Positions 14,817-24,716 of a stretch of 46,065 nt of DNA are shown in pieces. Numbering within the stretch: position 1 is the first letter of the stretch; every line of letters begins with the position of its first letter. The notes beneath the pieces are model-generated. The model was not told the DNA's origin. It did no database searches and saw only the letters and a program-made list of their open reading frames with translations. A program made the translations under genes and the position numbers. Source of the stretch: a virus (taxonomy: Duplodnaviria > Caudoviricetes); IMG/VR virus record IMGVR_UViG_3300037470_000435, positions 1 through 46,065 of that record. One strand, written 5' to 3'.

Positions 14817-17049
14817 AGCTACGCCGTTCACATATTCTCCGAAAGACATGGCCATTGCCGACGAGAACTACCGCCGCTACGTACGCGACCGCGACAACGG
14901 TCACATCGACTTCGTCAAGCTCGCGCTCAAATGCGACGAGTACTATCGAGGCGAGCAGTGGGCTGAGGAAGACCTCGCCAAGCTCAATGCCTCCAAGCGC
15001 CCGGCGCTGACCATCAACGAAGTTCTCCCCACCGTTAATACGGTCTTGGGCGAGCAGACCCAGCAGCGCGCCAATATCGTATACAAACCGGTCGGCGACG
15101 GCACCAGCGAAGTTGCCGAGGTAATCACAAAGGTCGCCCTCCACATCTGGGACGATAACAGCGTTGACTACCAGGAGTCCCAGGTATTCGCCGACGGCAT
15201 CATCATGGGCCGCGGGTTCTTCGATATCCGCATGGACTTCTCCGACAACATCAACGGCGAGGTCCGCATCGTGGCGGACGACCCGCTCAATATCGTCATC
15301 GACTCCGACGCCAAGGACTACGACCCCAAGACGTGGAAGGGCGTGAGCGAGACCAAGTGGTTAAGCCTCGACGACATAACCCTCACGTACGGCAAGGACA
15401 AAGCCGACGAGCTGCGCGGGTACGTGGCCTGCGAGTCGTCCTACGGCAGCGACAGCATCGAGCTGGGCGCGCCCACCTTCGGCGGCACGGAAGGCTCAAC
15501 CGGCGTGGGCGAGTACGCCGGCGGCGAAGCGGAGACGGACGGCAGCACCATCCGGCGCGTGCGCGTCGTCGAGCGCCAGCACCGGAAGCTGTCGCTGGTG
15601 GAGTACTTCGTTGATCAGGAGCACGGCGATATGCGCCAGGTGCCCGAGCACTGGAACCGCGAGAAACGCCGCGCGTTTGCCGCGCAGTGGGGTCTCGGCC
15701 TCATCAAGAAGACCGAGTCGCGTATCCGCTGGACCGCCACCGCCGACCACGTCGTGCTGCACGACAGCTGGAGCCCGTACAAACGCTTTACCAAGATCCC
15801 GTACTTCGCGTACTTCCGCCGCGGCAAGCCGTTCGGCCTCGTGCGCAACCTGATCTCCCCGCAGGACCAGCTGAATAAGGTATCTAGCCAGGAGCTGCAC
15901 GTCGTCAACACCACCGCCAACAGCGGCTGGATCACTGAGGCGGGCTCCCTGACTAACATGGACGGCAACGAGCTGGCGGAGCGCGGCGCCGAGACCGGCC
16001 TGCACATTGAGTATGCCCAAGGGCGCGCGGTGCCCGAGAAGATCCAACCCAACCAGATTCCCAACGGACTCGACCGCATCAGCCAGAAGGCCGAGGTCAA
16101 TATGCGCCGCATCAGCGGCGTCAACGAGTCCATGACTGGCAACGACAAGTCTGAGGTCTCGGGCGTCGCTATGGCCGACAAGCGCAGCCGCGGCTTCGTG
16201 ATGCTCAACGTGCCGTTCGACAACCTGACCCGCACGCGCAACATGCTGGCCGAGCATGTCCTGGAGCTCGTGCAGCAGTTCTACACCGAAGGTCGCGTGT
16301 TCCAGCTGACCAACTATTCCAACCCGGAAGAGCCGGACGAGAAGGTGGAAGTCAACCAGATGACGCCGGAGGGCGAGGTCATCAACGACCTGACGCTGGG
16401 CGAATACAAGGTCGTGGTCACTTCCGCGCCCGCGCGCGACACGTTCGACGAGGGCCAGTTCGCCGAGGCCATCAGTCTGCGCGAGATCGGCGTGATGATC
16501 CCGGACGACGCCATCATCGAGTACTCCCACTTGTCCAAGAAACATGCGCTGGCCGAGCGCCTCCGCGCGCAGATGGGTATGGGCAAGCTCACGCCGGAGC
16601 AGCAGGCCGAGCAGGAGATGCAGCGCGAGCTCACCATCCGCCGCATCGTGGCCGAGATCGCCGAGATCGAAGCCACCAGTACCGAGCTCGAAGCACGCGC
16701 GCAACTCAATATGGCCAAGGCCCAGGAAGCCGTCACGCCCAAGCCGGGCGAGCCGGGTTCCGAAGGTATGGATGGCCAGCAGGAGATGCAGATCGCCCGC
16801 GAGGAGATGGAACTCAAGCTGCAGCAGAAGCGCGAAGAGCTGGCCATGCAGCGCCAGAACAAGCTCGACGAGCTGCGCAACGCACTGGTCATCGCCGAGA
16901 TGGCCAACCACGCCAAGGGCATCCAGGCCGGCATGGAGCACCGCGCGCAGCAGGTGAAAATAAACAAGGACGACGCGACCAAACGCTTTGGAATCAAAGC
17001 CAAGGCCGCAGTCTCACGGTCCTCAGTGAAGAAGAGCTCTAAGAAGTAA
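14806..17049 (+). CDS. P22-like portal protein
   Basis: YYRGEQW...RPALTINEV.P.V..V.G; C-terminal coiled-coil; start MTDKATPF. Confidence 0.9.
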   Translation: MTDKATPFTYSPKDMAIADENYRRYVRDRDNGHIDFVKLALKCDEYYRGEQWAEEDLAKLNASKRPALTINEVLPTVNTVLGEQTQQRANIVYKPVGDGTSEVAEVITKVALHIWDDNSVDYQESQVFADGIIMGRGFFDIRMDFSDNINGEVRIVADDPLNIVIDSDAKDYDPKTWKGVSETKWLSLDDITLTYGKDKADELRGYVACESSYGSDSIELGAPTFGGTEGSTGVGEYAGGEAETDGSTIRRVRVVERQHRKLSLVEYFVDQEHGDMRQVPEHWNREKRRAFAAQWGLGLIKKTESRIRWTATADHVVLHDSWSPYKRFTKIPYFAYFRRGKPFGLVRNLISPQDQLNKVSSQELHVVNTTANSGWITEAGSLTNMDGNELAERGAETGLHIEYAQGRAVPEKIQPNQIPNGLDRISQKAEVNMRRISGVNESMTGNDKSEVSGVAMADKRSRGFVMLNVPFDNLTRTRNMLAEHVLELVQQFYTEGRVFQLTNYSNPEEPDEKVEVNQMTPEGEVINDLTLGEYKVVVTSAPARDTFDEGQFAEAISLREIGVMIPDDAIIEYSHLSKKHALAERLRAQMGMGKLTPEQQAEQEMQRELTIRRIVAEIAEIEATSTELEARAQLNMAKAQEAVTPKPGEPGSEGMDGQQEMQIAREEMELKLQQKREELAMQRQNKLDELRNALVIAEMANHAKGIQAGMEHRAQQVKINKDDATKRFGIKAKAAVSRSSVKKSSKK

Positions 17050-17116
17050 ACGGAACCGCGGGCCGACAATTCCGCGATAACAACATCCGCCTACAAAGGC
17101 GTTAAAAGGAAAAGCA

Positions 17117-18256
17117 ATGATAACCGAAGCCGAAGCACCCGCAGTTGAGACAACAGCTCCCGCAGCTGCGCCCGTGATCGAGAACAAACACACGGACGCT
17201 TTTGCAGGTCGTGAAGCCGACGAGGTGGAGGAGTTCGATTCTTCCGGCGCAGACCGGGGTGACGAAGCCACTCCCGAAACGAACTCGGCAACTGAAGCCG
17301 CCGCAGCCGCGCAAGAGGCCGCCGAAGCGACCGCCGCTGAGAAAGCCGCGAAGGATGCCAAGGACGCGCAGGACGCTGCCGACCTGGCCGCTGCCAACGC
17401 CGCGAAGGAAGACAAGGCCGTAATCTCCGCAAATGCGGAGAAAGCCGCCAAGGGTGCCAAGGACGCCAAGGACGCTGCCGAGACCGCGCCAGACGCCGCC
17501 GAAGCCGGCGACCCGCCGGGGGACAAGAACCCCCGCATCCCGAAGGAGCGCTTCGACACGGTGAACAACAAGCGCAAAGCGGCGGAAGCCGAGAACCTGC
17601 GCCTGAAAACTGAGCTCGAAGCACTGAGAAACCCGCCCAAAGTACCGGACGCGTTCGACTTCGACGCCAAGGAAGAGGCGTACATGCAGGCGGTGCTGGA
17701 CGGTGACACCAAAGCCGCCAAGGCTATCCGTACGGAGATTCGCGCGGCTGAGAAGGCCGAGTACGTGGCGACGGTGGAAACCGTAGCGACGACGCGCGCC
17801 CAGCAGACACTCACCGCCAACACCATGCAAGCGCGTACCGAGGCTGTGGTGGCTGAGCTGCAGGGTCGGTTTGAGATCTTCGACGAAGCCAGCGAGCGCT
17901 ACAACGAAGAAGCCGTCAACGACACCATCGCCATGCAGCGCGGGTTCATTGAGCAGGGCATGGATCCCGATAAGGCCTTGACTAAGGCCGCCGGACTGAT
18001 GACTAAGGGCGAGACGGACCGCAAGGCAGCGCCAGCGGTCACGCCGGAAGAAAAACCGGCAGCCGAAGTGAAACCGGTCCCGAAGAAGCCGGACGTGGCC
18101 GCCAAGGTGAAGGCCGCCAACGCCCAGCCGCCTTCGCTGGCGAAGGCCGGCGAATCAGGTGCGGCGCGCGACGGGTCGGTGTCGGTCTTCGACATGCCGG
18201 AAGAGGAGTTCGACGCGCTGCCCGATAGTAAGAAACGCCAGCTGAGGGGAGACTGA
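17117..18256 (+). CDS. scaffolding protein
   Basis: Acidic Ala-rich, IPKERFD.VN, C-terminal M.EEEFDALP....LRGD; between portal and capsid. Confidence 0.8.
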   Translation: MITEAEAPAVETTAPAAAPVIENKHTDAFAGREADEVEEFDSSGADRGDEATPETNSATEAAAAAQEAAEATAAEKAAKDAKDAQDAADLAAANAAKEDKAVISANAEKAAKGAKDAKDAAETAPDAAEAGDPPGDKNPRIPKERFDTVNNKRKAAEAENLRLKTELEALRNPPKVPDAFDFDAKEEAYMQAVLDGDTKAAKAIRTEIRAAEKAEYVATVETVATTRAQQTLTANTMQARTEAVVAELQGRFEIFDEASERYNEEAVNDTIAMQRGFIEQGMDPDKALTKAAGLMTKGETDRKAAPAVTPEEKPAAEVKPVPKKPDVAAKVKAANAQPPSLAKAGESGAARDGSVSVFDMPEEEFDALPDSKKRQLRGD

Positions 18257-18309
18257 ACCACTGCTCAGATAACAAGGATGCCTTGTTATCTGAGCGCCAC
18301 CATAAACCG

Positions 18310-18336
18310 CGGGCCTCTTCGGAGGCCCGAATTTTG
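18310..18336 (+). terminator. probable terminator (UUCG hairpin)
   Basis: CGGGCCTC-TTCG-GAGGCCCG-AATTTTG. Confidence 0.55.
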
Positions 18337-18367
18337 TAGGCAGCCCAGATTTCCTTTGTGGGACACT
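18337..18367 (+). promoter_or_regulatory. TAGGCAGCCCA-box promoter of capsid operon
   Basis: TAGGCAGCCCAGA-12(TGg)-GACACT. Confidence 0.7.
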
Positions 18368-18504
18368 CCGCACTGTAGTTCTCGCCCATCTGCGCGTCAG
18401 CAGACCGCGTCAATCCTCGTTACGGGTTGTTAGAGATTCGCAAGTCACGGCGTTACTGGTGACAGGTAAGTGAACTTTAACCCGTATTCAACGAGGAAGC
18501 CTCC

Positions 18505-19608
18505 ATGGCTGTTACCAATTTCAACGCTCTGACCACAGAGCAGAAGACCGTCTGGTCTCGCGATGTTTGGAAGGTTGCGCGTAACGCGTCCTTCATCAAC
18601 CGGTTCGCTGGCAAATCCCATAACTCGATGGTGCAGCGCATCACCGAGCTGACCAAGAGTGAACGCGGCGCCCGCGCCGTCATCACCCTGGTGCCCGATC
18701 TCGAGGGCGACGGTGTCGCCGGCGATAACACGCTGGAAGGCAACGAAGAGGAAATCAAGGCATACGACCAGGTCATTCAGATCGACCAGCTCCGTAACGC
18801 CAACCGCCACAAGGGCAAGATGGCCGAGCAGAAGTCGGTCGTGAAGTTCCGTGAAACGTCCAAGGACGTGCTCGGTTACTGGCTGGCGGATCGTCTCGAC
18901 CAGATGGCGTTCCTGACGCTCTCCGGCGTGGCTTACACCTACAAGACCGACGGCACGACCCGCACAGGCTCGCAGTTGCCGGACCTGGCCTTCGCGGCCG
19001 ACGTGACCGCTCCGACAGCACAGGGCACTCGGTATTTCGTGTGGGACGGCGGCAACGATGACCTGACGACCAACGACGGCAACGATGATCTCGTGGCGGC
19101 GGACACCCCGTCCTACAAGATGCTGGTGAAGCTCAAGGCCAAGGCCAAGGAACAGTACGTCCGCGGCGTAAAAGATGCCAACGGTGAGGAAGTGTTCCAC
19201 GTCTTCATGACCCCGAGCGGCATGGCGGCACTCAAACTGGACGCGGACTACCTCGCCAACATCCGCGGTGCGGGTGTGCGCGGTAGCAAGAACGAGCTGT
19301 TCGCTGGTACCACTTCCGTCCTCGTCGACGGCATGTGGATCCACGAATACCGCCACGTGTATCACGCCTCGACCTGGGGCAGCGGCGCGGTTGCCGGACA
19401 GCGAGTGCTGTTCTGCGGTGCGCAAGCGCTGGGTCTGGCCGACATCGGTGCTCCCGAGTGGAACGAGAAGGGCTTCGACTACGACAACCAGCAGGGTGTC
19501 GAAGTGGGCAAGATCTTCGGCCTGTTGAAGCCGCAGTTCATCTCCCAGTACTCGGGCCTGACGACCGCCGTCGACTTCGGCGTCATCACCTGCGACACCG
19601 CGGTTTAA
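18505..19608 (+). CDS. major capsid protein (N4-gp56/DUF4043-like)
   Basis: GDGVAGDNTLEGNEE, IDQLRNA, LFCGAQALG, DFGVI..DTA. Confidence 0.9.
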   Translation: MAVTNFNALTTEQKTVWSRDVWKVARNASFINRFAGKSHNSMVQRITELTKSERGARAVITLVPDLEGDGVAGDNTLEGNEEEIKAYDQVIQIDQLRNANRHKGKMAEQKSVVKFRETSKDVLGYWLADRLDQMAFLTLSGVAYTYKTDGTTRTGSQLPDLAFAADVTAPTAQGTRYFVWDGGNDDLTTNDGNDDLVAADTPSYKMLVKLKAKAKEQYVRGVKDANGEEVFHVFMTPSGMAALKLDADYLANIRGAGVRGSKNELFAGTTSVLVDGMWIHEYRHVYHASTWGSGAVAGQRVLFCGAQALGLADIGAPEWNEKGFDYDNQQGVEVGKIFGLLKPQFISQYSGLTTAVDFGVITCDTAV

Positions 19609-19619
19609 GCAACTTGAAC

Positions 19620-19646
19620 ACCCCGCCTAACGGCGGGGTTTCTCTC
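19620..19646 (+). terminator. probable leaky terminator after capsid gene
   Basis: ACCCCGCC-TAAC-GGCGGGGT-TTCTCT. Confidence 0.55.
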
Positions 19647-19663
19647 TGAAGAGGAATTAACAC

Positions 19664-20074
19664 ATGGCAATCACAAAAGACAGTAACCGCCAGGGCGTCC
19701 TGGTCGTGCATCAGCCGTTCACCTGGGAAGACCTGGGCGACGGCGCGATCACAACGACCACGGTGTTCGATGCGATCCAAATGCCGGCCAACGCCATTGT
19801 TGTGGGTGGGCAGCTGGTAATCACCACAGTCTGGGACAGCTCCGGCACGACCACCGTTTCGGTGGGCGACGGCGGCTCCGCTGCTCGCTACCTTGGCGAC
19901 ACCTCGATCAAGTCAGCCGCGCGTACGGCGCTGGTACCGACCGGTTACAAGTACACCGCCGGTGACACCATCGACCTCGACCTGGCGCTCGCCACAGGCG
20001 TCGCTACCGCGGGAGAAGGGTATCTGGAAGTTGAGTACATCATCGACGGCCGCAGCAACGAGAACCAGGGCTAA
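19664..20074 (+). CDS. capsid decoration/cement protein
   Basis: Beta-rich, P.NAIVVGG...V.VGD, follows capsid gene. Confidence 0.65.
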   Translation: MAITKDSNRQGVLVVHQPFTWEDLGDGAITTTTVFDAIQMPANAIVVGGQLVITTVWDSSGTTTVSVGDGGSAARYLGDTSIKSAARTALVPTGYKYTAGDTIDLDLALATGVATAGEGYLEVEYIIDGRSNENQG

Positions 20075-20085
20075 GTTGAGCATTA

Positions 20086-20113
20086 CCCGGTTGCGTGAGT
20101 AGCCGGGATTTTT
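20086..20113 (+). terminator. intrinsic terminator
   Basis: CCCGGTTGC-GTGA-GTAGCCGGG-ATTTTT. Confidence 0.7.
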
Positions 20114-20175
20114 GTGGACGAAGTCACCGCCGTTAGAAGCGGCGGTGATTCCAATAATAACTACGAGGTTTGCTC

Positions 20176-20559
20176 ATGAAGAAAATCACGGTTAAAAGTC
20201 TGGTCAACATACATCTGATGTCGTTGACCGGGCACTCGATGCGTATCCCGGCCAACATGCCGACGGAGATTCCGGAAGTTTGCGCGAAAGAAGCGTTCGC
20301 CCGAGGGTGCGCCCTCGTCGAAGCCGCCGCTCCCGCACCAGTTGTCACAACGCCGGTTGTAACGCCGCCGGTTGTCACAACGCCCGGGACGGACGAAGCG
20401 CAGATCAAGGTTGCGATCCACAAGCTCGTCGAAGCCAATGATCCTGACAGCTTCAAGAAAGACGGAAGCCCCAAGGTGGCGGCAGTCGCCGCAGCGATGG
20501 GGATCCCGGTCACCGCCGAAGAAGTCACCTCCGCCTGGGAAGCAATTCAGGCCGAGTAA
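20176..20559 (+). CDS. hypothetical virion-associated protein with PVVTT linker repeats
   Basis: GAGG RBS; C-terminal FKKDGSPKV...AW motif. Confidence 0.65.
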   Translation: MKKITVKSLVNIHLMSLTGHSMRIPANMPTEIPEVCAKEAFARGCALVEAAAPAPVVTTPVVTPPVVTTPGTDEAQIKVAIHKLVEANDPDSFKKDGSPKVAAVAAAMGIPVTAEEVTSAWEAIQAE

Positions 20560-20571
20560 GAGAGGTCTTAG

Positions 20572-21036
20572 ATGCCGCAGGCCGAGTCGGTTTCGCGAAA
20601 AGACGCCAAAGCCGCCGGCCTGAAAAGGTATTTCACCGGCAAGCCGTGTCTTCGCGGGCATATAGCCGAGAGGCTCGTCTCGAGGGCGCGGTGCAACGAA
20701 TGCAAACGCATCCGCGAGCGTGCCCGGCAGAAAGCCAACCCAGAAAAACACAGCTCCCGTATTCGCGCCTGGGCCAAAGCCAACCCCGCGAAGGTCAACG
20801 CCCGAAACGCTCTCCGTCGCGCCCAGAAACTAAAGGCCACCCCAATCTGGGCTTGTAAGCCGGCCATTGACATCATCTACGCCATCGCCCAGTCACGCGG
20901 GATGCACGTCGATCACACCATCCCCTTAAAGAACCCGCTCGTCTGCGGCTTGCACGTTCATTACAACCTGCGGCCTCTGCCGCCGGAAGTGAATCTTAAG
21001 AAGTCGAACTCGTTCAAGGCGGGTGCATCGTGCTAG
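20572..21036 (+). CDS. HNH endonuclease copy 4
   Basis: Same family motifs. Confidence 0.9.
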   Translation: MPQAESVSRKDAKAAGLKRYFTGKPCLRGHIAERLVSRARCNECKRIRERARQKANPEKHSSRIRAWAKANPAKVNARNALRRAQKLKATPIWACKPAIDIIYAIAQSRGMHVDHTIPLKNPLVCGLHVHYNLRPLPPEVNLKKSNSFKAGASC

Positions 21037-21674
21037 CGTCTGTGGTCTTAAACAAAGCAGCGACGCTGCTCTTCGACGACACTTTCGTACGATGGGAAGA
21101 GTCCGAGCTCATCGGGCATCTCAATCTCGCCCAGCGAGAGATCGCTACCCTCAAGCCCGCCTCGACCAAGACCCGCGCCACTGCCACCCTGGCATTGGGC
21201 GCGGTGCAGACGCTCCCGACGGGCGCGATGCGGTTGCTGGACGTGGAGTGCAACATCACCTCAGGCGACGCGCGCAGCAAGGGCATCACCTACGCTGACA
21301 AGGGCGCGCTTGATCTGTTCGATCCGGACTGGATGACGGCCGACGGCGCGGCCGAAGCTGACAATTACTGCTACGACGCTGACGACGACGCCACGACGTT
21401 CTACGTGTCGCCGCCAGTAGTGAATGGCACCAAGGTGCAGATCCTCTACTCGGCCTACCCCACTGAGATCACCGCCAGCACCGACGCTCTGACGGTGGGC
21501 GACGAGTATGAGTCGCCGTTGCTGGATTACGTTCTCTCCCGCGCGTACACCAAAAGTACTGAGTCGGCTGACTTGACCAAGGCTTCCGGGTACGCCCAGG
21601 CGTTCTACACCGCGCTCGGTGCCAAAGACAAAGCCGAGGCGTACCGGCGCGCCATGGCGGAGAGGGCTAAATGA
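21030..21674 (+). CDS. head-tail adaptor protein
   Basis: L.D...VRW...EL...LN.AQREI; FYV.PP; LLDYVLSRAY.K. Confidence 0.7.
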   Translation: MLASVVLNKAATLLFDDTFVRWEESELIGHLNLAQREIATLKPASTKTRATATLALGAVQTLPTGAMRLLDVECNITSGDARSKGITYADKGALDLFDPDWMTADGAAEADNYCYDADDDATTFYVSPPVVNGTKVQILYSAYPTEITASTDALTVGDEYESPLLDYVLSRAYTKSTESADLTKASGYAQAFYTALGAKDKAEAYRRAMAERAK

Positions 21675-22309
21675 CTACCGCACTCACCGCGTTCCTTCCT
21701 GAAGTACTGCCGAGTGTACCCAGCTGCCCGCAGCCGCTGGCCATTAACGCCGTCCGCAACACGCTGCGTACGCTGTGCGAGCGCGCACCCGTCTGGAAGA
21801 ACACCCCCACCGCGATAGACGTAGTGGCTGATCAGATGGAGTATCCGTTCGTCCCAGCCTCCGGCACCCTCGTGGCCGGGGTCGAGTACGCGGCTCACGA
21901 CGATCTCGAGATCTTCCCGAAGACCGAGCAGCAGCTCGACGAGATGTATGCGAACTGGCGCACCGACGGTTCCGGCGACCCGAAATATTACACGCAGCTC
22001 TCGCAGCGTAAGATTGCGCTGGTCCCCACGCCGGCCGCTGCGTCGACGGGCGGGCTGACCCTGCGGGTGTCGTTGAAGCCGTCGTCGACCGCGACGACGG
22101 TGGAGGATGAGATTTACGACGAATGGCATGAAGTAGTGGCCCACGGCGCGCTGGCGCGACTGCTGGTGATCCCCGACAAGCCGTGGACGAATGCGGACGA
22201 AGCGCTATTTCACGCTGGGCTCTTCGAGATGGGCGTCCTAAAGGCGAAGAAGCGCGCTGAAGATTCCTACTCCCGGGCGCATCGCACTATTTCATACGGA
22301 GGACTCTGA
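21671..22309 (+). CDS. second adaptor/tail tubular protein
   Basis: FLPEV.P.VP.CP..., L.P.P, GALARL..IP.KPWT. Confidence 0.65.
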   Translation: MTTALTAFLPEVLPSVPSCPQPLAINAVRNTLRTLCERAPVWKNTPTAIDVVADQMEYPFVPASGTLVAGVEYAAHDDLEIFPKTEQQLDEMYANWRTDGSGDPKYYTQLSQRKIALVPTPAAASTGGLTLRVSLKPSSTATTVEDEIYDEWHEVVAHGALARLLVIPDKPWTNADEALFHAGLFEMGVLKAKKRAEDSYSRAHRTISYGGL

Positions 22310-22548
22310 TGGCTGCCCCTACGGTCGATGCGCTCCGGGCTAAATACGAGCCGCTGATTCAAGCGCAAGCCGCCGCAGTGCAGCGAACCATTGTTGACGG
22401 TCGGGCGGCCGCTGCTGCGGCACAGGCCGCGCTTAGCGCTTTACAGGTTGAGTTCCGGCTTAAGAAAGAAAAGATCCTCGCGTACGAAAAAGCCCTCGCT
22501 TTACGAGCTGAGTTGACTGTCGTCATTGCTGACGCCCCAATTCTCTAA
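22309..22548 (+). CDS. hypothetical protein
   Basis: GGAGG RBS, coupled ORF. Confidence 0.55.
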   Translation: MAAPTVDALRAKYEPLIQAQAAAVQRTIVDGRAAAAAAQAALSALQVEFRLKKEKILAYEKALALRAELTVVIADAPIL

Positions 22549-24446
22549 TGACAGCTATCCGCTTCAAAGACTTCCAGGGCATGGTCCCCCGCCTGGGGGA
22601 CCGCGCGCTCGCGCCCAATCAGGCGGTGGAGGCCACCTACTGCAAGCTCTGGTCGAAGGAACTGCGGTCGTGGACCGAGCGCGCCAAAGTAGCCACGCCG
22701 ACCAACGCCGGTAACAACCCGCTTCTCAGCATCTATCGCTACGCCGAAAGTGGTACCCCATACTGGGTATGCTCGAACGTCGAAGCGGACTTCGCGCGTG
22801 GCCCCATCGCCGGCGACACCGTTGAGCGCACTTACGTTACTCAAGGCAGCACGGCGATCCCCAAGGTTTTCGTCACCTCGCAGGTAACCGCTGACGCACT
22901 CGTCCCGGCCGCTGCCACGCCGCTGGGCATGCCGATCCCGACCACTGACCCCGTCGTGGCGTCTGTCGTGGGCGGCGCCCCCCCGACCGAATCGCGTTCG
23001 TATGTGTATACCTACGTCGCCAGCACTGGTGAGGAGGGCGCGCCCAGCGACCCCACCGTTCCGCAGACCGGCAACATCGACGCGACGTGGACCGTCACGC
23101 TCCCGACGACCGCCCCTACCGTCAACGGAACTGCGCGGACGGACATCACTACGGTACGTCTATACCGCACCAACACCGGCACGACAGGGACCAATTATCA
23201 GTTCGTGGCGGATGTAGCCCTCGCCACCGGCACCTACGCCGACGCCATCGCTCCGTCTGCACTGGGGGAAATTCTCCCGACCGAAGCCGACTGGGGACCG
23301 CCGCCGAGCGATATGGCGGGTATCATCTCACTCCCTGGCGGTGTACTGGCCGGGTTCACCGGCAACGAGCTGTGCTTCTCCGCTCCAGGTTATCCCTACC
23401 TCTGGCCACTGAGTTATCGGCAAACGACCGACTTCCCTATCGTCGCCATCGGCAACTTCGGGACTACGGTCGTGGTCGCGACGACCGGTAACCCGTACTT
23501 GGCCATCGGTTCGACGCCCGCAGCCGTGAGCATGTCGCGTCGCCCCGAGCGTCGTCCCTGCGTGTCTAAGCGCAGTCTGGTGAGTTCCGAGCACGGCGTG
23601 TCGTATGCCACGCCGGACGGGTACTACGTCATCGGTCCGAGCGGTTCGTACATGCTCACCGAGAAACTGATGACTCATGACGAGTGGCAGGCTTACTACC
23701 CAGCGAGCATGCATGCAGCGGTGCTAGATGGGCGAGTATTTCTTTTTTATCACGCCGGGGGTTACGTCGGCGGCGCGGGGTTCATCATCGACCCAAACGG
23801 CTCGGTGACGTCCAGCAACACGCCGCTCATGACTGAGCTCAGTTTCTACGCCTACGCGCAGTATGTGGACTACACGACAGGGACGCTTTGGCTGGCTACG
23901 GTAGTGGCCGAGGTGTTCCAGATCGACGAGTGGGAAGGCGGTTCCTCGACGCTGCAGTACAGCTGGAAGTCCGGCGAGAATCCGACCGAGCGCCCTATCA
24001 ATTTCGCGTTCGGGCAGGTGTTCGCGGCGTACACGCTATCCGCTGCTGAGCAAACAGCGCTCGACACGGTCAACGCTGCGATTCTGGTGAGCAACACGGT
24101 CAAGATCAACAACACTACTGTCAACTATGCACTCGACGGCACGCCCACACCAATTACCCCGCCGTATAACACCAAAGGTATCGGTGGTGGGCTGGGGTCC
24201 ATGCCGCTCGCGGGCGTCGCGGTGGCTGGCAATATCCTGGAGAAAGCAACGAACAACACCAACGGCGTGTCGTTCCAGTTGTACGGCGACGGAGTTCTTC
24301 GGTACGTGGTGACGGTCGGCTCCAAAGACCCGTTCCGGCTGCCGGGCGGGTACACGGCGGACAGCTGGTCTGTAGGTGTCAGCGCCGTGATTCCGGTTAA
24401 AGAAGTGGTCTTGGCCACGGATCTTAAGTCCTTGAAGGCCGTATGA
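22548..24446 (+). CDS. tail nozzle/stabilisation protein
   Basis: I.F..F.GM.PR start, YVYTYV...GEEG.PS, L.FS.P..PY.WP, beta-propeller-like. Confidence 0.7.
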   Translation: MTAIRFKDFQGMVPRLGDRALAPNQAVEATYCKLWSKELRSWTERAKVATPTNAGNNPLLSIYRYAESGTPYWVCSNVEADFARGPIAGDTVERTYVTQGSTAIPKVFVTSQVTADALVPAAATPLGMPIPTTDPVVASVVGGAPPTESRSYVYTYVASTGEEGAPSDPTVPQTGNIDATWTVTLPTTAPTVNGTARTDITTVRLYRTNTGTTGTNYQFVADVALATGTYADAIAPSALGEILPTEADWGPPPSDMAGIISLPGGVLAGFTGNELCFSAPGYPYLWPLSYRQTTDFPIVAIGNFGTTVVVATTGNPYLAIGSTPAAVSMSRRPERRPCVSKRSLVSSEHGVSYATPDGYYVIGPSGSYMLTEKLMTHDEWQAYYPASMHAAVLDGRVFLFYHAGGYVGGAGFIIDPNGSVTSSNTPLMTELSFYAYAQYVDYTTGTLWLATVVAEVFQIDEWEGGSSTLQYSWKSGENPTERPINFAFGQVFAAYTLSAAEQTALDTVNAAILVSNTVKINNTTVNYALDGTPTPITPPYNTKGIGGGLGSMPLAGVAVAGNILEKATNNTNGVSFQLYGDGVLRYVVTVGSKDPFRLPGGYTADSWSVGVSAVIPVKEVVLATDLKSLKAV

Positions 24447-24664
24447 GCAACGAGACCCCGCGCGTCGTTACCAAGGTCCCGGCGATTCCGGATATCCCTC
24501 TCGGCGAGATATCCACCGATGCGCTGCACGGTATCCTCAGCGCGATCAAGCAGCTGCTCGAAACTCGGGAAGGCATTGTCGCGGGCGGCACGAAGAGCCG
24601 GTTTCTCACGATCCGGGACCTCGAAAAAACGGGGGTCGTGCTACCTAATGGACTACCTAAATGA
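24443..24664 (+). CDS. hypothetical structural protein
   Basis: Coupled ORF; LE.REG...F.T.RDL...G. Confidence 0.6.
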   Translation: MSNETPRVVTKVPAIPDIPLGEISTDALHGILSAIKQLLETREGIVAGGTKSRFLTIRDLEKTGVVLPNGLPK

Positions 24665-24695
24665 TAGGCAGTCCACTCCAGGGATGTGCTGAAAT
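24665..24695 (+). promoter_or_regulatory. TAGGCAGTCCA-box promoter of ejection-protein operon
   Basis: TAGGCAGTCCACT-12(TGc)-TGAAAT. Confidence 0.6.
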
Positions 24696-24716
24696 GTCCG
24701 ATACCGAGGTGATATT

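Noticed and set aside
20338-20385. 15-nt tandem repeat x3
   Set aside because: In-frame PVVTT/PVVTP protein linker, not a CRISPR or regulatory array
11958-21036. HNH genes as group I intron or intein cargo
   Set aside because: They lie between intact genes with overlapping starts/stops and leave no room for intron core sequence
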